Part shown: in pieces, positions 35,262 to 45,427 of the stretch
How positions within the stretch are numbered: the stretch's first letter is position 1
Layout: the number at the start of each line of letters is the position of its first letter
Source: a virus
Lineage: Duplodnaviria; Caudoviricetes
Strand: one strand, 5' to 3'
Virus record (IMG/VR): IMGVR_UViG_3300045136_000360
Span: 1-50,694 of that record
DNA length: 50,694 nt
Position numbers and translations under genes: made by a program
Notes under the pieces: generated by a model
Seen by the model: the letters and a program-made list of their open reading frames with translations, nothing else
The model's database searches: none
Told to the model about the DNA's origin: nothing

Positions 35262-38042
35262 ATGGGGCTGTCAGACCGGATCGACGCCGACAATCAGTTG
35301 ATCTCGGCCGTGGTGTACGCGGGTGGGCGGCGGTTGAGCGGCGTGGTCTCGGTGACGGTGGACCTGGGGTACGACGTGGTGAGCGCCTCCGCGACCGTGA
35401 CGCTGGATGGGGCGGTGCCCTCGCACGTGACGTTCCGGCAGAAGCTGGAGGTGTGGCTGGGCTGGGACGGCTACCTGGCGGCGGTGTTTGTCGGCTTCGT
35501 GGAGGATGACGGGCGGCGCTATTTCCCCCAGCAGGGGACGATCCGGGGGGCGGGGTGGTTGCGACTGGCCCAGTATTCCTACCCGAGCGACCTGAGCTAC
35601 AGCAGCCAGACGGATACGGCGATCGTGGAGAGCCTGCTGGGCCTGGTTGGGGTGCCCGAGCGCTCGATCCAGGGTCGGGGCTACACGATGGGCGTGACGA
35701 AGGCCGTGACCGTGCGGGCGGGGCAACCCGTGTGGGACCGCATCAATGAGTTGGACCAGGTGTGGGGCTATAAGACGTTCGACAGCCCGGACGGGAAGGT
35801 GCGGCGGCGCCGGATCAGCGGGAACCCGGCCGGCGGGAGCGTGTGGACCTATACCGAGGGCGACAACATCATCCAGATCGACCGGCCGCGGACGATCCGG
35901 GGCGTGCACAACAAGGTGATCGTACGGGGGCTGCCGGGGACGCTGTTCACCCCCAGCAGCACCCGGCAGGCGACCAGTCCCTACGTGCCCACGCCGCCCA
36001 CCTACGTGCCCTACGAGTTCGTGTCCGATCTGATTGAGGACAACACGGCCGCTGAGGAGATCAGTCTGCGGCTGATGAGTGACGTGAACAAGCTGGTGGA
36101 GGAGGTGCAACTGGAGGTCGGGGGCAACCCGCTGCTGCGGCCGGGTCAGACGATCTCGGTCACGGCCCCCAGCGTGGGCATCGGGAGCGCCACCCGCTAC
36201 CGCATCCGGCACATCAGCCACCGGATGACCGGGCGGGAGTTCAGGACGAGCCTGCTGGTCGAGGGTGGGGCCGGGGAGGCGGGCTACGAGGTAGACCTGG
36301 ACCCAGAGGCGGCCTTCACCTACCGCGTGACGCGGGAGACCTTCCAGATCTGGAACGGGGCAGGCTACGACGCCAGCGCCCAGTATTACACCGTCATGTG
36401 CGACGCCTCGCCCTCCTGGGACCCGGACGGGACGATCGCCGCCTATAGCTGGTCGAACAACAAGAACGGCGACGTCGGGAGCGCGTCCACCTACCAGACC
36501 AAGTTCACCGCCGCCCAGATTGCCACCGCGACCATCACGCTGACCGTGACCGACAACGACGGCAATACAGCCAGTGTGACCCACAATGTGGGGGTGGGCG
36601 GGGAGGTTGCGCCCCAGCTCGTTCGGAAGCTGGCCGTGGCGGCCGGCAGCCAGGCCGAGTGGTCCCCGGATGGCGGGACAACCTGGTACACCTGGGCTCC
36701 TGGGGCGGGGGCCGTGGTGAGCACGCCGGAGATCGCGCCCGAGGACATCACCTACTTTGGGCTATCGGACGGCAAGCTCTACCGGCTGGAGGACTGGGAC
36801 AGCAGCTCGGCGCCGGCGCTCCTCACCACCTTCGACGCCCAGGTGAACTGCATCTGGGTGAACGAGGCCGACAACAACCGGATCTGGGTGGGGCTGGCGA
36901 ACGGGAAAATCCACCTGAGCGTCGACGGGGGCGTGACCTGGACGCTGAAGAAAACCTACGGCAACCCGGTGCTGCGGCTGATCGAGAGCGCGTTCGAGCC
37001 GGGGCAGGTGCGGGTGGCGGTGGGGAATACGATCAGGATCACCTACACCGAGTTCGCTGACGACGCGACGCTGATCCTGTTCGACGCGGGGGCGACGGCG
37101 CGGCACACGGCCGGGGCGCTGGGGTTCGGGGGCTACGGCTGCGGGAGTGTGAGTAGTGGGCAGACGAACGCCGTGCAGAAGGAGGATGGCACGGTCATCA
37201 CCTTCCCGGCGCTGACGCCGGCGGTGGAGGACGTGCGGGGGATCGCCCATCACATCCGGGATGACGTGCTGTTCGCGGTGGACGCGCAGGGACGGTCGTT
37301 CCGTAAGGGGGCGGGGAGCACGACCTTCACCCAGATGGGGACACTGAACGGATCGGGGACGGTGAATCACGTCATTCGGGACGGGGACGCGCCGGAGATC
37401 ATCTACGCGGCGGCCGATGACGGGCTCTACAAGACCTGGGACGGGGCGGCGACCTGGGTGCGGCTGCGGGACTACACGGCTGTGGGGCTGGTTGGTCGCC
37501 AGGTGGGGTACGGCGGGGCGGGGGCCTGGTCCATCGCTCCGGTGACGGTTGTCAGCACGGGTGGGGTTGGCAAGGTCGCGAACCTATGGAACGGGGTATC
37601 CAACGACACCCCGCCGGCTGGCTGGACCGACGTGGGATTTGCCGATAGCGGCTGGGCGGCCAGCATGCAGATGACCCAGAACATTAGCGCCTATTATCTC
37701 CCGCCGAGTGGGGCGCAGTGGGTGAGCACGCACGGGACCGGGATCGGGGTAGCGGCCAATAACGAGTTCCTGTTCCGGCAGACGTTCACCGTCGGGGATG
37801 GGGAGATTACGGCCGTGACGCTCGCCCTCAACTATGACGACTACCTCATCGGCTTGTGGATCAACGGCGTGCTGGTGGTTCAGGACCTGTCCCACTCCGA
37901 TCCCCAGCCGGACCCGGCCGACAATTACGCCATCAGTCCGAGCCTGCTGGTGAATGGGACCAACGTCATCGCCGCCCACGTGCGGCAATCCAGCGCGGTG
38001 AACTCGCCCCAGGCCATCAGTTTCCGCTTGGAGGTGCGCTGA
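35262..38042 (+). CDS. baseplate hub / tail tip protein with PKD-like, BNR/propeller and lectin-like domains
   Basis: GNPLLRPGQTI hub motif; DASPSWDPDGTI..YSW...TLTVTDNDG (PKD); SPDGGTTW and SVDGGVTW repeats. Confidence 0.8.
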   Translation: MGLSDRIDADNQLISAVVYAGGRRLSGVVSVTVDLGYDVVSASATVTLDGAVPSHVTFRQKLEVWLGWDGYLAAVFVGFVEDDGRRYFPQQGTIRGAGWLRLAQYSYPSDLSYSSQTDTAIVESLLGLVGVPERSIQGRGYTMGVTKAVTVRAGQPVWDRINELDQVWGYKTFDSPDGKVRRRRISGNPAGGSVWTYTEGDNIIQIDRPRTIRGVHNKVIVRGLPGTLFTPSSTRQATSPYVPTPPTYVPYEFVSDLIEDNTAAEEISLRLMSDVNKLVEEVQLEVGGNPLLRPGQTISVTAPSVGIGSATRYRIRHISHRMTGREFRTSLLVEGGAGEAGYEVDLDPEAAFTYRVTRETFQIWNGAGYDASAQYYTVMCDASPSWDPDGTIAAYSWSNNKNGDVGSASTYQTKFTAAQIATATITLTVTDNDGNTASVTHNVGVGGEVAPQLVRKLAVAAGSQAEWSPDGGTTWYTWAPGAGAVVSTPEIAPEDITYFGLSDGKLYRLEDWDSSSAPALLTTFDAQVNCIWVNEADNNRIWVGLANGKIHLSVDGGVTWTLKKTYGNPVLRLIESAFEPGQVRVAVGNTIRITYTEFADDATLILFDAGATARHTAGALGFGGYGCGSVSSGQTNAVQKEDGTVITFPALTPAVEDVRGIAHHIRDDVLFAVDAQGRSFRKGAGSTTFTQMGTLNGSGTVNHVIRDGDAPEIIYAAADDGLYKTWDGAATWVRLRDYTAVGLVGRQVGYGGAGAWSIAPVTVVSTGGVGKVANLWNGVSNDTPPAGWTDVGFADSGWAASMQMTQNISAYYLPPSGAQWVSTHGTGIGVAANNEFLFRQTFTVGDGEITAVTLALNYDDYLIGLWINGVLVVQDLSHSDPQPDPADNYAISPSLLVNGTNVIAAHVRQSSAVNSPQAISFRLEVR

Positions 38043-39829
38043 TGTTCGCTGACTGGCTGCGGTCCCTGCGGGAGCAATGGGAGCGGGACATTCGCCGGCA
38101 CCTGCTGGATGCCGGCATCTCCGGCCGCACCATCGACGCCAGCAACCTATCCGGCGTCACCACGGCCGTGGCCCGGGTGGGGGTGCGCAAAAACAGCGGC
38201 GGCAGCACCTACTTCCGGCGACGGGTGAATCTGGTCGAGGGGATCGGGGTGACGCTCACGCTGACCGATGACGGGGCGAATGAGGAGGTCGACGTCATGG
38301 TGAGTGCCACCGGGTCATCGGCTGGGGTATTCAACGTGCGGGAATACGGGGCCGCCGGGGACGGCGTGGCTGACGACGCGGCGGCCTGCCAGTCGGCGAT
38401 CGACGCCGCCGTGACGGCCGGCGGTGGCGACGTCGTTTGGCCCGCCGGGACCTACAAGCTTGGCAGCGGGCTAACCGTGACCGGGAACGTGAGGATCAGG
38501 CTCATCGGGCGCGGGGCGACGCTCAAGCCGCAGGCGAACGTCACGGCCATCCGCGTCACCCAGGCCCTTGGCGGGACAAGCGTCGGCTGCCTGATCGACG
38601 GATTCGTGATCGACGGGGACGACCTGGCCGGCAGCATCGGCATCCAGCTCAAGGACACCGACCGGCCCACCGTGCGAAACTGCTGGATCACCGACTGTGC
38701 CATCGGGATCAGCTTCGCCGTCACCACCGCCGGCTCCACGTGGGTTGAGGGCGCCGCCATCTATGACACGTTCATACACTCCTGCACCAATGGCGTCACG
38801 TTCGAGCGGCTGGGTGGGGTCAGCACGGCCTCCTTCGGCGAGACGGTGATGGTCAACGTCGGGATCAATGACTGCACCGTGGGCCTGTCGATCAACAACG
38901 CTTGCAACATGTACCGGAGCAGCATCAAAGGGATGACCATCTGGTGCTACGCCGGCCAGAAGGCCCTCTACCTGAATGGCGTGTTCCACGGGACGATTTT
39001 CGAGATCGGGCTGGAGAGTTTCAGCGGTTCCGGGACGACTGGCATCCACGTCGGCCCAAACGCCAGCAATACCCACCTGATGCAGCTCTACACGAATTTC
39101 ACCGGACCATTTGGCACCCCATATAACATTTACTCAGGCAAATATATTCGTTTCCAGGAGGGGCAGCGCCTCTGGACCAATGCCGGCCAAGCGTATTTTG
39201 AGGGTATCCAGATCAACGACACCGCGGGTCGCCTGGTGCTGGCCGGGTGGTATGCCGGTGGCGGGGGGATCGAGGCCGGTCCCGGAGGGACCGGCAGTCG
39301 GGATGTGAATCTGTACCGCAAGGCGGCCAACGTCTGGGCCACCGACGACGTGTTCGTGTTGGGGAGCTTCACCACGGCGGCGCTGCCGGCGGCGGCGACG
39401 GCCGGGGCCGGGGCGCTGGCCTACGTGAGCGACGCCGCCAGCAAGCTGCAAATCAGCGACGGCACGGCATGGTATGCGGTGATGATCAACCCGATGACCG
39501 CGGCGGGGGACCTCATTCTGGGCGGCACATCGGGGTCGCCACAGCGGCTGGCAGTCGGGTCCGAGGGGAAGGTGCTCAAGGTGGTGAGTGGTAGCCCGAA
39601 CTGGGCGACCCATAACGCCGGGCACGCCATCGAGGACGAGGGGATCGCGCTCACCCAGCGTGATGCGCTGAACTTCACGGGGAGCGGCGTGGCGGCGACG
39701 GACGACGCCGGTGCCGGCAAGACGGTGGTGACGGTCAACCGCTGGGAGCCGCTGACGAATGGGGTCGCGGCGACGCCGGAGTTGGTGTATGCCGATGGCG
39801 ACGTGATCATGGTGGAGGAGACGGCGTGA
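38042..39829 (+). CDS. tail spike with pectate-lyase-like beta-helix
   Basis: FNVREYGAAGDGVADDAAACQSAIDAA...GG.V.WPAGTY. Confidence 0.85.
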   Translation: MFADWLRSLREQWERDIRRHLLDAGISGRTIDASNLSGVTTAVARVGVRKNSGGSTYFRRRVNLVEGIGVTLTLTDDGANEEVDVMVSATGSSAGVFNVREYGAAGDGVADDAAACQSAIDAAVTAGGGDVVWPAGTYKLGSGLTVTGNVRIRLIGRGATLKPQANVTAIRVTQALGGTSVGCLIDGFVIDGDDLAGSIGIQLKDTDRPTVRNCWITDCAIGISFAVTTAGSTWVEGAAIYDTFIHSCTNGVTFERLGGVSTASFGETVMVNVGINDCTVGLSINNACNMYRSSIKGMTIWCYAGQKALYLNGVFHGTIFEIGLESFSGSGTTGIHVGPNASNTHLMQLYTNFTGPFGTPYNIYSGKYIRFQEGQRLWTNAGQAYFEGIQINDTAGRLVLAGWYAGGGGIEAGPGGTGSRDVNLYRKAANVWATDDVFVLGSFTTAALPAAATAGAGALAYVSDAASKLQISDGTAWYAVMINPMTAAGDLILGGTSGSPQRLAVGSEGKVLKVVSGSPNWATHNAGHAIEDEGIALTQRDALNFTGSGVAATDDAGAGKTVVTVNRWEPLTNGVAATPELVYADGDVIMVEETA

Positions 39830-40761
39830 CGAAGTTGAACGAGGTTATCCTGAGGGACACGCTCGCCAACCGGCCGGCGGCCGGGGTGGCCGGGAGACTG
39901 TTCTACGATACGACCAACAATCAGCTCCAGCGCGACAACGGCTCGGTCTGGGAGAGTGTGGAGGGGTCCGGGGGCGGGGGTGGTGCGCCGGTCAGCGCCA
40001 CCTACGTGGTGGAGGACGCCGATGGGACACTGACGGCCGAGCGGGTGCTGGGGACGACGGTCATCACCCAGGCGGCCTATGGGAGCCGGCAGGCGGCGGC
40101 CAAGGCGGGGAGATTGTTCTTTCCGACCGACGGGTTCACGCTCGATCGAGATAATGGCTCGGCCTGGACCCCATACGGGCCAATTTTCCCACTCACACCC
40201 CCCGTCGATGGCGATTTCGCCTGGGTCAATCAGGGTAGCGCCACGGTGACGACAGCAAACGGCGGCATCCACCTCTCAGACCCGGCTAATGTGGGCGGCG
40301 GGTTCCGAATCAGGAAGAAGGCGGCCCCAGCGACGCCGTATTCCATCGTCGTCTGCATGCTGCCGCTCATCGCCACGATGGCGGTAGGGGGGAACAACCC
40401 CGAGGTGGGGATGTGCTGGCGCCAGTCGACTGACGGGAAGCTGGTGGTGGTACGGTTTGCGAATGATGTGGAGGTGATCAACCTCTTTGTCGACAAGTTC
40501 ACCAATCCCACGACGTTCAGTGCACGCTATACGTCAATGAAGGCCAACCATTTCCTTGCAGCGGGGGCGCTCTGGCTCAAGCTGGAGGATGACGGGACCA
40601 ACCGGAAGGTGCACTACGGTGTGGACGGGGTGAACTGGCAGCAGCTTCACTCGGTGTCTAGGACTGATTTTCTGACCGCGGATGAGGTGGGGTTCTACGC
40701 CTCGGCGGGGAATGCGACGTACAAAGCTGGGGTGACGCTGCTGAGTTGGAAGCAGGGGTAA
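39826..40761 (+). CDS. tail fibre / receptor-binding protein
   Basis: RPAAG..GRLFY.T repeats; C-terminal lectin-like W.KL...YGVDG.NW. Confidence 0.7.
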   Translation: MTKLNEVILRDTLANRPAAGVAGRLFYDTTNNQLQRDNGSVWESVEGSGGGGGAPVSATYVVEDADGTLTAERVLGTTVITQAAYGSRQAAAKAGRLFFPTDGFTLDRDNGSAWTPYGPIFPLTPPVDGDFAWVNQGSATVTTANGGIHLSDPANVGGGFRIRKKAAPATPYSIVVCMLPLIATMAVGGNNPEVGMCWRQSTDGKLVVVRFANDVEVINLFVDKFTNPTTFSARYTSMKANHFLAAGALWLKLEDDGTNRKVHYGVDGVNWQQLHSVSRTDFLTADEVGFYASAGNATYKAGVTLLSWKQG

Positions 40762-40774
40762 GGGGGAGGGAGCG

Positions 40775-41161
40775 ATGGCGTGCATCTACGCGGCGGAGTC
40801 GGGGGAGATTGTGGCGCTCTATGCCAACGACGAGGAGGAGCGGCGTTACGGGCCGCCGCCGGCCTGGGCGCACCGGCTGCGGTTTGACGAGAGGACGAAC
40901 GCGCACATCCTGGCCGGGTATGGCCGCGATCACAATGGGCATCGGCTGGTGGGGTCGGAGTTGCGGCACAACGGGGTGCTGGTGACGGTGAACCCGGATG
41001 GTGAGGAGGAGGGGGACACCGGGGCGACGCTAGCGCGGACGCTCCGGGACTATCTGGAGGAGACGAGGAACCCGACCGGGGCGCAGACGGTGAGGGCGGT
41101 GAGGGCGCTCTGTCAGGTGGCGCTCTCGCTGATGCGCCAGGGGCGGCGGGTGGATGGCTGA
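40775..41161 (+). CDS. hypothetical tail-associated protein
   Basis: RBS; follows the fibre gene. Confidence 0.6.
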   Translation: MACIYAAESGEIVALYANDEEERRYGPPPAWAHRLRFDERTNAHILAGYGRDHNGHRLVGSELRHNGVLVTVNPDGEEEGDTGATLARTLRDYLEETRNPTGAQTVRAVRALCQVALSLMRQGRRVDG

Positions 41162-41182
41162 GGGTCGTGGGGAGGAGGGGGG

Positions 41183-41470
41183 ATGGACGGGAATCTGATG
41201 CCGTGGGCGCAGTTCGGCGCCCTGGGGTTGGTGGCTGGGACTGTCATGCTCGCCTATCGGTCGCTGGTGGAGCGGCTGCTGGGGGTGGTGAAGGACAATA
41301 CGACGGCGATGGTGGAGGTATCTGGTGCGGTGCGGGCAAACACGGAGGCGATGGGGCGGCTGACGTGGATGGTGGACCGACTGCGGGACATCGTGGACGA
41401 CCTGGACGACCGGGTGATGACGCTGGAGGGGCAGGGGGGACAGGGTTCACGGCGGAGGGAGGTGCGCTGA
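41183..41470 (+). CDS. holin-like protein (one TM segment plus coiled coil)
   Basis: AQFGALGLVAG TM segment; VKDNTTAM. Confidence 0.55.
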   Translation: MDGNLMPWAQFGALGLVAGTVMLAYRSLVERLLGVVKDNTTAMVEVSGAVRANTEAMGRLTWMVDRLRDIVDDLDDRVMTLEGQGGQGSRRREVR

Positions 41471-41781
41471 TGCTGGACGGGGTGGACCCCGATGGGGTGA
41501 TGCAGGCGGTGCTGGTGGTGAGCCTGGCGATCGCGTCGCTGGTGCAGGGGACAGTCGCGGTGATTCGGATGGCGGTGGCCCCGCCGCGGTGGGTGGTGCC
41601 GCTGGTGGCGATCCTGGCCGGGGTAGGGGCGGCCGAGTTGCTGATCCTCGCGCCCCGGAGCATGCACGCGACGGCGCTGCTGGGGGGCTGGATGGCGGCG
41701 CTGGCGGCGGTGGGGACGGTGGAGCTCGTGGGGCGGGCGAAACCTAGAGGTGTTAGCAATACTCATGGGGAGCGGTCGTAG
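41470..41781 (+). CDS. holin-like membrane protein
   Basis: About three hydrophobic helices; TGATG coupling. Confidence 0.55.
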   Translation: MLDGVDPDGVMQAVLVVSLAIASLVQGTVAVIRMAVAPPRWVVPLVAILAGVGAAELLILAPRSMHATALLGGWMAALAAVGTVELVGRAKPRGVSNTHGERS

Positions 41782-42125
41782 TGGAGCGTGGGGTGCTGGT
41801 CGGGCAGGGGCCGGCGGCCTGGTCGGGGGAGCATGGGGTCGTGGCGGCGATGTGGGGGCTGCTGCGGTCCGACCTGGCGCTGGGCTGGGCGCGGGGGGCG
41901 AGGGGCCGGCTGGGGCTGGCGGCCTTCTATTTCCTGCACCGGCCGTCGTTCGCCCGGTGGCTGGCGGTGTCGGGGGTGAGGGAGGACCCGGCCATGGTGC
42001 GGGATACCCTGCTGGTCGGCTGCTGGCCTCGGGGCGGTGGGGGGGCGGAGTATCCCGAGCCCCCTGGGGAGGATGAGGCGCTGGAGGCGTGGCTGAAGCG
42101 GCAGCGGAGGGGGTGGGGGGCGTGA
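41781..42125 (+). CDS. hypothetical protein
   Basis: Coupled ORF. Confidence 0.45.
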   Translation: MERGVLVGQGPAAWSGEHGVVAAMWGLLRSDLALGWARGARGRLGLAAFYFLHRPSFARWLAVSGVREDPAMVRDTLLVGCWPRGGGGAEYPEPPGEDEALEAWLKRQRRGWGA

Positions 42126-42127
42126 GC

Positions 42128-42379
42128 ATGCGGTATCGGATGGTGGGCGGGGGCGGGGTGGGGCCGGTTGGGCGGCCCGGCAAGCGGGCGGTGCCATGGG
42201 GGCGGGTGCTGGTGGGGGCGCAGCTCGCGCTGGACCTGGCGCTGGGCGCGGGGCTGGTGGGGATGGCGCGGCGGGCGGAGGCGGCCGAGGCGCGGGTCGT
42301 GCGCCTGGAGTGGCAGATGCGAGACGTATCGGGGTACGTGCACGAGCTGATGCGGGCGTTGATGCCGAGGGGGCGATAG
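42128..42379 (+). CDS. hypothetical membrane protein
   Basis: TM segment plus coiled coil. Confidence 0.45.
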   Translation: MRYRMVGGGGVGPVGRPGKRAVPWGRVLVGAQLALDLALGAGLVGMARRAEAAEARVVRLEWQMRDVSGYVHELMRALMPRGR

Positions 42380-42391
42380 AGGGAGGCGACA

Positions 42392-42700
42392 GTGGGGGGG
42401 GTGGTAGTCCGGATGTTCCCCGAGACGCGGTGCTGGATACGGGGCGAATTCCTGGACGCCTGGGATGAGGTGGTCGGGGAGGTGGGGGAGGAGGCGGCGG
42501 TGAGGCTGCTCGGGCGGCCGATCGCGAACGCCCGGTGGGACGGGGACGTGGCGATCCAGGTGTTCGAGCGCTGCCGGATGGAGCGGTTGGGAGCGGGGCG
42601 GGCTCGCGTGGTGCCGGAGGGTGCGGGAGCGGTGCTGGTGCGGTCAATGCTGCGCGGGTTGGGATGCATGGCCGTCCGGGAGGGGGAGCCGGCGACCTGA
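42392..42700 (+). CDS. small protein with an FPET...QxFER (LGFP-like) unit
   Basis: FPETRCWIRGEFLDAW...LGRPI...IQVFERCRME. Confidence 0.6.
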   Translation: MGGVVVRMFPETRCWIRGEFLDAWDEVVGEVGEEAAVRLLGRPIANARWDGDVAIQVFERCRMERLGAGRARVVPEGAGAVLVRSMLRGLGCMAVREGEPAT

Positions 42701-42731
42701 TCGCTGCCCGAGAGCGCAAGCGCGCAAGTCG

Positions 42732-42763
42732 GCCCCCGCTGATAATCCAGCGGGGGCTTTCTT
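42732..42763 (+). terminator. rho-independent terminator ending the late operon
   Basis: GCCCCCGCTG-ATAATC-CAGCGGGGGC then TTTCTT. Confidence 0.8.
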
Positions 42764-42802
42764 GTGTCCGTGGTGGCGGGCCAAATTGGGCGACTGGAGC
42801 AC

Positions 42803-42856
42803 TTGACTAATCCCGGTTGTCATGAGATACTGGGGATGCGATACTCTAGGGTATCG
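42803..42856 (+). promoter_or_regulatory. promoter plus operator
   Basis: TTGACT-17 bp-GATACT; CGATAC-TCTAGG-GTATCG at 42839. Confidence 0.75.
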
Positions 42857-42889
42857 GTGATGCAGTAGCGAGATACGGTGGGATGGACG

Positions 42890-43309
42890 ATGGCGAAGCG
42901 GGGCCTGGAATGGGTTGACGCGACGATCGAGGCGGTGAACGACAAGGGCCTGAAGTGGGGCGGGGAGTGGCACAACTTTTCGAAGTGGGCCAACAAGGAC
43001 CGGCATGTGCCCAGCAAGGGCGAGACGGTGCTGGTGGGGATGGACGGGGAGTTCGTGATGGACGTCGCGCCGGCGGGTGAGAAGGCGAGCGGCGTGGCGG
43101 GCGCGGTCCCGGTGGCGGCGGCGGCGCTGGCGAGCGCCGAGCGGGAGCGGACGATCACCCGCCTGGCGGTGCTGAAGGCGGCGGTGGAGTTCCTGGGGAC
43201 CCGGATGCAGGCGCATCCGGAGCAGGAGATCAAGGCCGATCACGTTCTGGCGCTGGCCACCAAGTTCGAGTCGTGGGTGAACCGTCCGTCTGAGGAGGGG
43301 GGTGAGTAG
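42890..43309 (+). CDS. hypothetical protein, possibly ssDNA-binding
   Basis: Small beta-rich N-terminus and ITRLAVLKAAV...LATKFESWV helices. Confidence 0.6.
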   Translation: MAKRGLEWVDATIEAVNDKGLKWGGEWHNFSKWANKDRHVPSKGETVLVGMDGEFVMDVAPAGEKASGVAGAVPVAAAALASAERERTITRLAVLKAAVEFLGTRMQAHPEQEIKADHVLALATKFESWVNRPSEEGGE

Positions 43310-43310
43310 G

Positions 43311-43571
43311 ATGGCGGGGACGTTCCCGGAGATCGTGACGGTGGCCGTGGTGGCGGAGTTGAGCGATCGGTGGTCGATCGAGTTCCGGCCGCGCCGGGAC
43401 GGCCGGCTGACGGCGATCCTGCGGGACGCCGCGACCGGGCAGTCCTGGCGGCAGGTGGTCGTGCGGCCGGTCACGGCGTTCAATTCGGCCTACTGGTCGC
43501 TGCTGCGGAGCGATCACGAGGCGGCCGAGCGGGCGGGTGAGTTGGGCGGGTTGCGGAGCGTCGGGCGGTGA
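43311..43571 (+). CDS. hypothetical protein
   Basis: Operon-like spacing. Confidence 0.55.
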   Translation: MAGTFPEIVTVAVVAELSDRWSIEFRPRRDGRLTAILRDAATGQSWRQVVVRPVTAFNSAYWSLLRSDHEAAERAGELGGLRSVGR

Positions 43572-43673
43572 GCTCATGACGGAGCAGGGGACCGCGGATC
43601 ACGCGATCCTGCACCTGCGCCCGTATGGCCGGGGGCCGATCCCGGCCTTCTACCAGGATCGAGTCGAGGAGGT

Positions 43674-44750
43674 GTGACGGTGGTCGATGCGTTGGCCCTG
43701 GCCGCGTTCAGTGGGGCGTTCGGGCAGTCGAGGGCGCTGGTGCGCGGGGACGGGCTGGTGGCCCTGGAGGGGGAGGACGCGACCGCGTACCTGCCTGCCG
43801 AGCCGCTCGCGGAAGGGGCGCACCTGGAGGTGCCGGCAGGCGACTGGGATTGCATCGCGCTCCCTGAACTCAAGCGGGGCGACCTGCGCTGGCGGACCCC
43901 GGCGAGGCCGCAGGGGACGCTGTGGCCGGTGGCGCGGGGCGGGCGGGCGATGCTGCGCCTGGACGGGCAGGAGGCGCGGCTGGTGGGCCTGGCCTCGCGG
44001 ATGGCTTCGGCCGATGACTACCGGCCGCTGCTGGGGAACGTCTGGTTCCAGCCGGCCGATGGGCGGTGGCACGCGGTGGCGACCGATGGGTGTCGCCTGA
44101 TGGCCGTCCACCTGGGTCCGACCGCCCGGACGGCGATCGGGGGGAAACTGGAGGGGGAGGGGCTGTTCCTGCCGCGGGGGGTGGCGCTGGCGCTGGGCCG
44201 GGCGCGGCCGGACCGGGTGGTGATCTCCCTGGGTCTGCGGGACCAGGCGCCCCGGACGATCAAGGTGCGGTGCCTGCGAGAGATCGATGGGGAGATGCGG
44301 GCGGTGGCCCTGGTGGGGGTGAAGCATCTGGTGTCCGGCTGTCCGAACTGGCGGGCGGTGCTGGAGATGGCGACCAGGACGGTGACGGCGCGGGCGACGC
44401 TCCACCGCTCCCAGCTCGGCTACCGGCTGGCGGCGCTGGTGGCGGAGCACCGGGCCGCCCAGCGGGCGGGCCAGAAGGGGAGGTACGACCGGACGGTGTT
44501 CTGGTGCGGGCGGGTGGCGTTCGACCACGAATTGCTGCTGACGCTGGCGGACCCGTGGCTGGGGGACGCGACGATCGCGTTCGGCTGGGAGGACCGGCCC
44601 GAGAGCGAGGCGCCGATGCACGTCCGGATCGGGGAGCGGGTCGAGGGGGCGATCATGCCGCTGGTGCTCGGGAGGGACGGGGACGGCAACGGCGTGGCGC
44701 CGGACCTGGCTCCCGAGCGGGAGCCCGAGGCGGCGGGCATCGCCCCCTGA
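43674..44750 (+). CDS. DNA polymerase III beta-clamp-like protein (divergent)
   Basis: SADDYRPLLGNV...AVATDGCRL, PNWRAVL, C-terminal AIMPL. Confidence 0.6.
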   Translation: MTVVDALALAAFSGAFGQSRALVRGDGLVALEGEDATAYLPAEPLAEGAHLEVPAGDWDCIALPELKRGDLRWRTPARPQGTLWPVARGGRAMLRLDGQEARLVGLASRMASADDYRPLLGNVWFQPADGRWHAVATDGCRLMAVHLGPTARTAIGGKLEGEGLFLPRGVALALGRARPDRVVISLGLRDQAPRTIKVRCLREIDGEMRAVALVGVKHLVSGCPNWRAVLEMATRTVTARATLHRSQLGYRLAALVAEHRAAQRAGQKGRYDRTVFWCGRVAFDHELLLTLADPWLGDATIAFGWEDRPESEAPMHVRIGERVEGAIMPLVLGRDGDGNGVAPDLAPEREPEAAGIAP

Positions 44751-45427
44751 TACCTCGGGGGATGGACCACACGGTGGGTGATGGAAGGGGAGGTGAAGGT
44801 GGGGGCGGTCGATGCGTGAGGCGATCGAGCGGGCGGCGTTGCTGGAGCGCATGGCCGACGTGCTGGGCCGGCTGGGTCCGGGGTGTCGGGCCATGGGGGA
44901 GCGGCACCGGGCGGCGGCGGCCCGGCTGCGGGAGGCTGGGCGATGCGGGGGGGGGCGATCGCCACGGGGTCGCGTTGCACTGGCGGTATGCCTGGTATGC
45001 CTAGCGGCGGGAGCTACGAGCCGGCGTACGGGGCAGAGAAGGCAGTCTGGAATAGGAAATTAGGAGGGGATGGGATAGTCGCTTAGTAGGGCTGAAATTG
45101 ATTGACTGGGGGAGAACATGAGGCGTATAACGTGGAGTAGGCAAGATCGGAGGGAGAGGAATGGGAGAGCCGACTCTGGTCGAGATCACCACTACGAGGT
45201 TCGTAGCTCGGACGGGGTGGTGATCCTGGTGGCGCTGCGGTTCGCGGACGCGGCGTCCTGGGTGCGGGGCCTGCCTGTCCGCGAGTGGGGGACTATTCGA
45301 TCCTGGAGATTGCCGACGCGAGTCTGGACGGGGAGGTAGCGGCCGCCATGGGGCGATGGCGGGCAGTGGTGATGGGCGTGGTCAGGGGCGCGTGATCGCG
45401 AGATCGTGTTAGTGAGGAATGGGGTTG

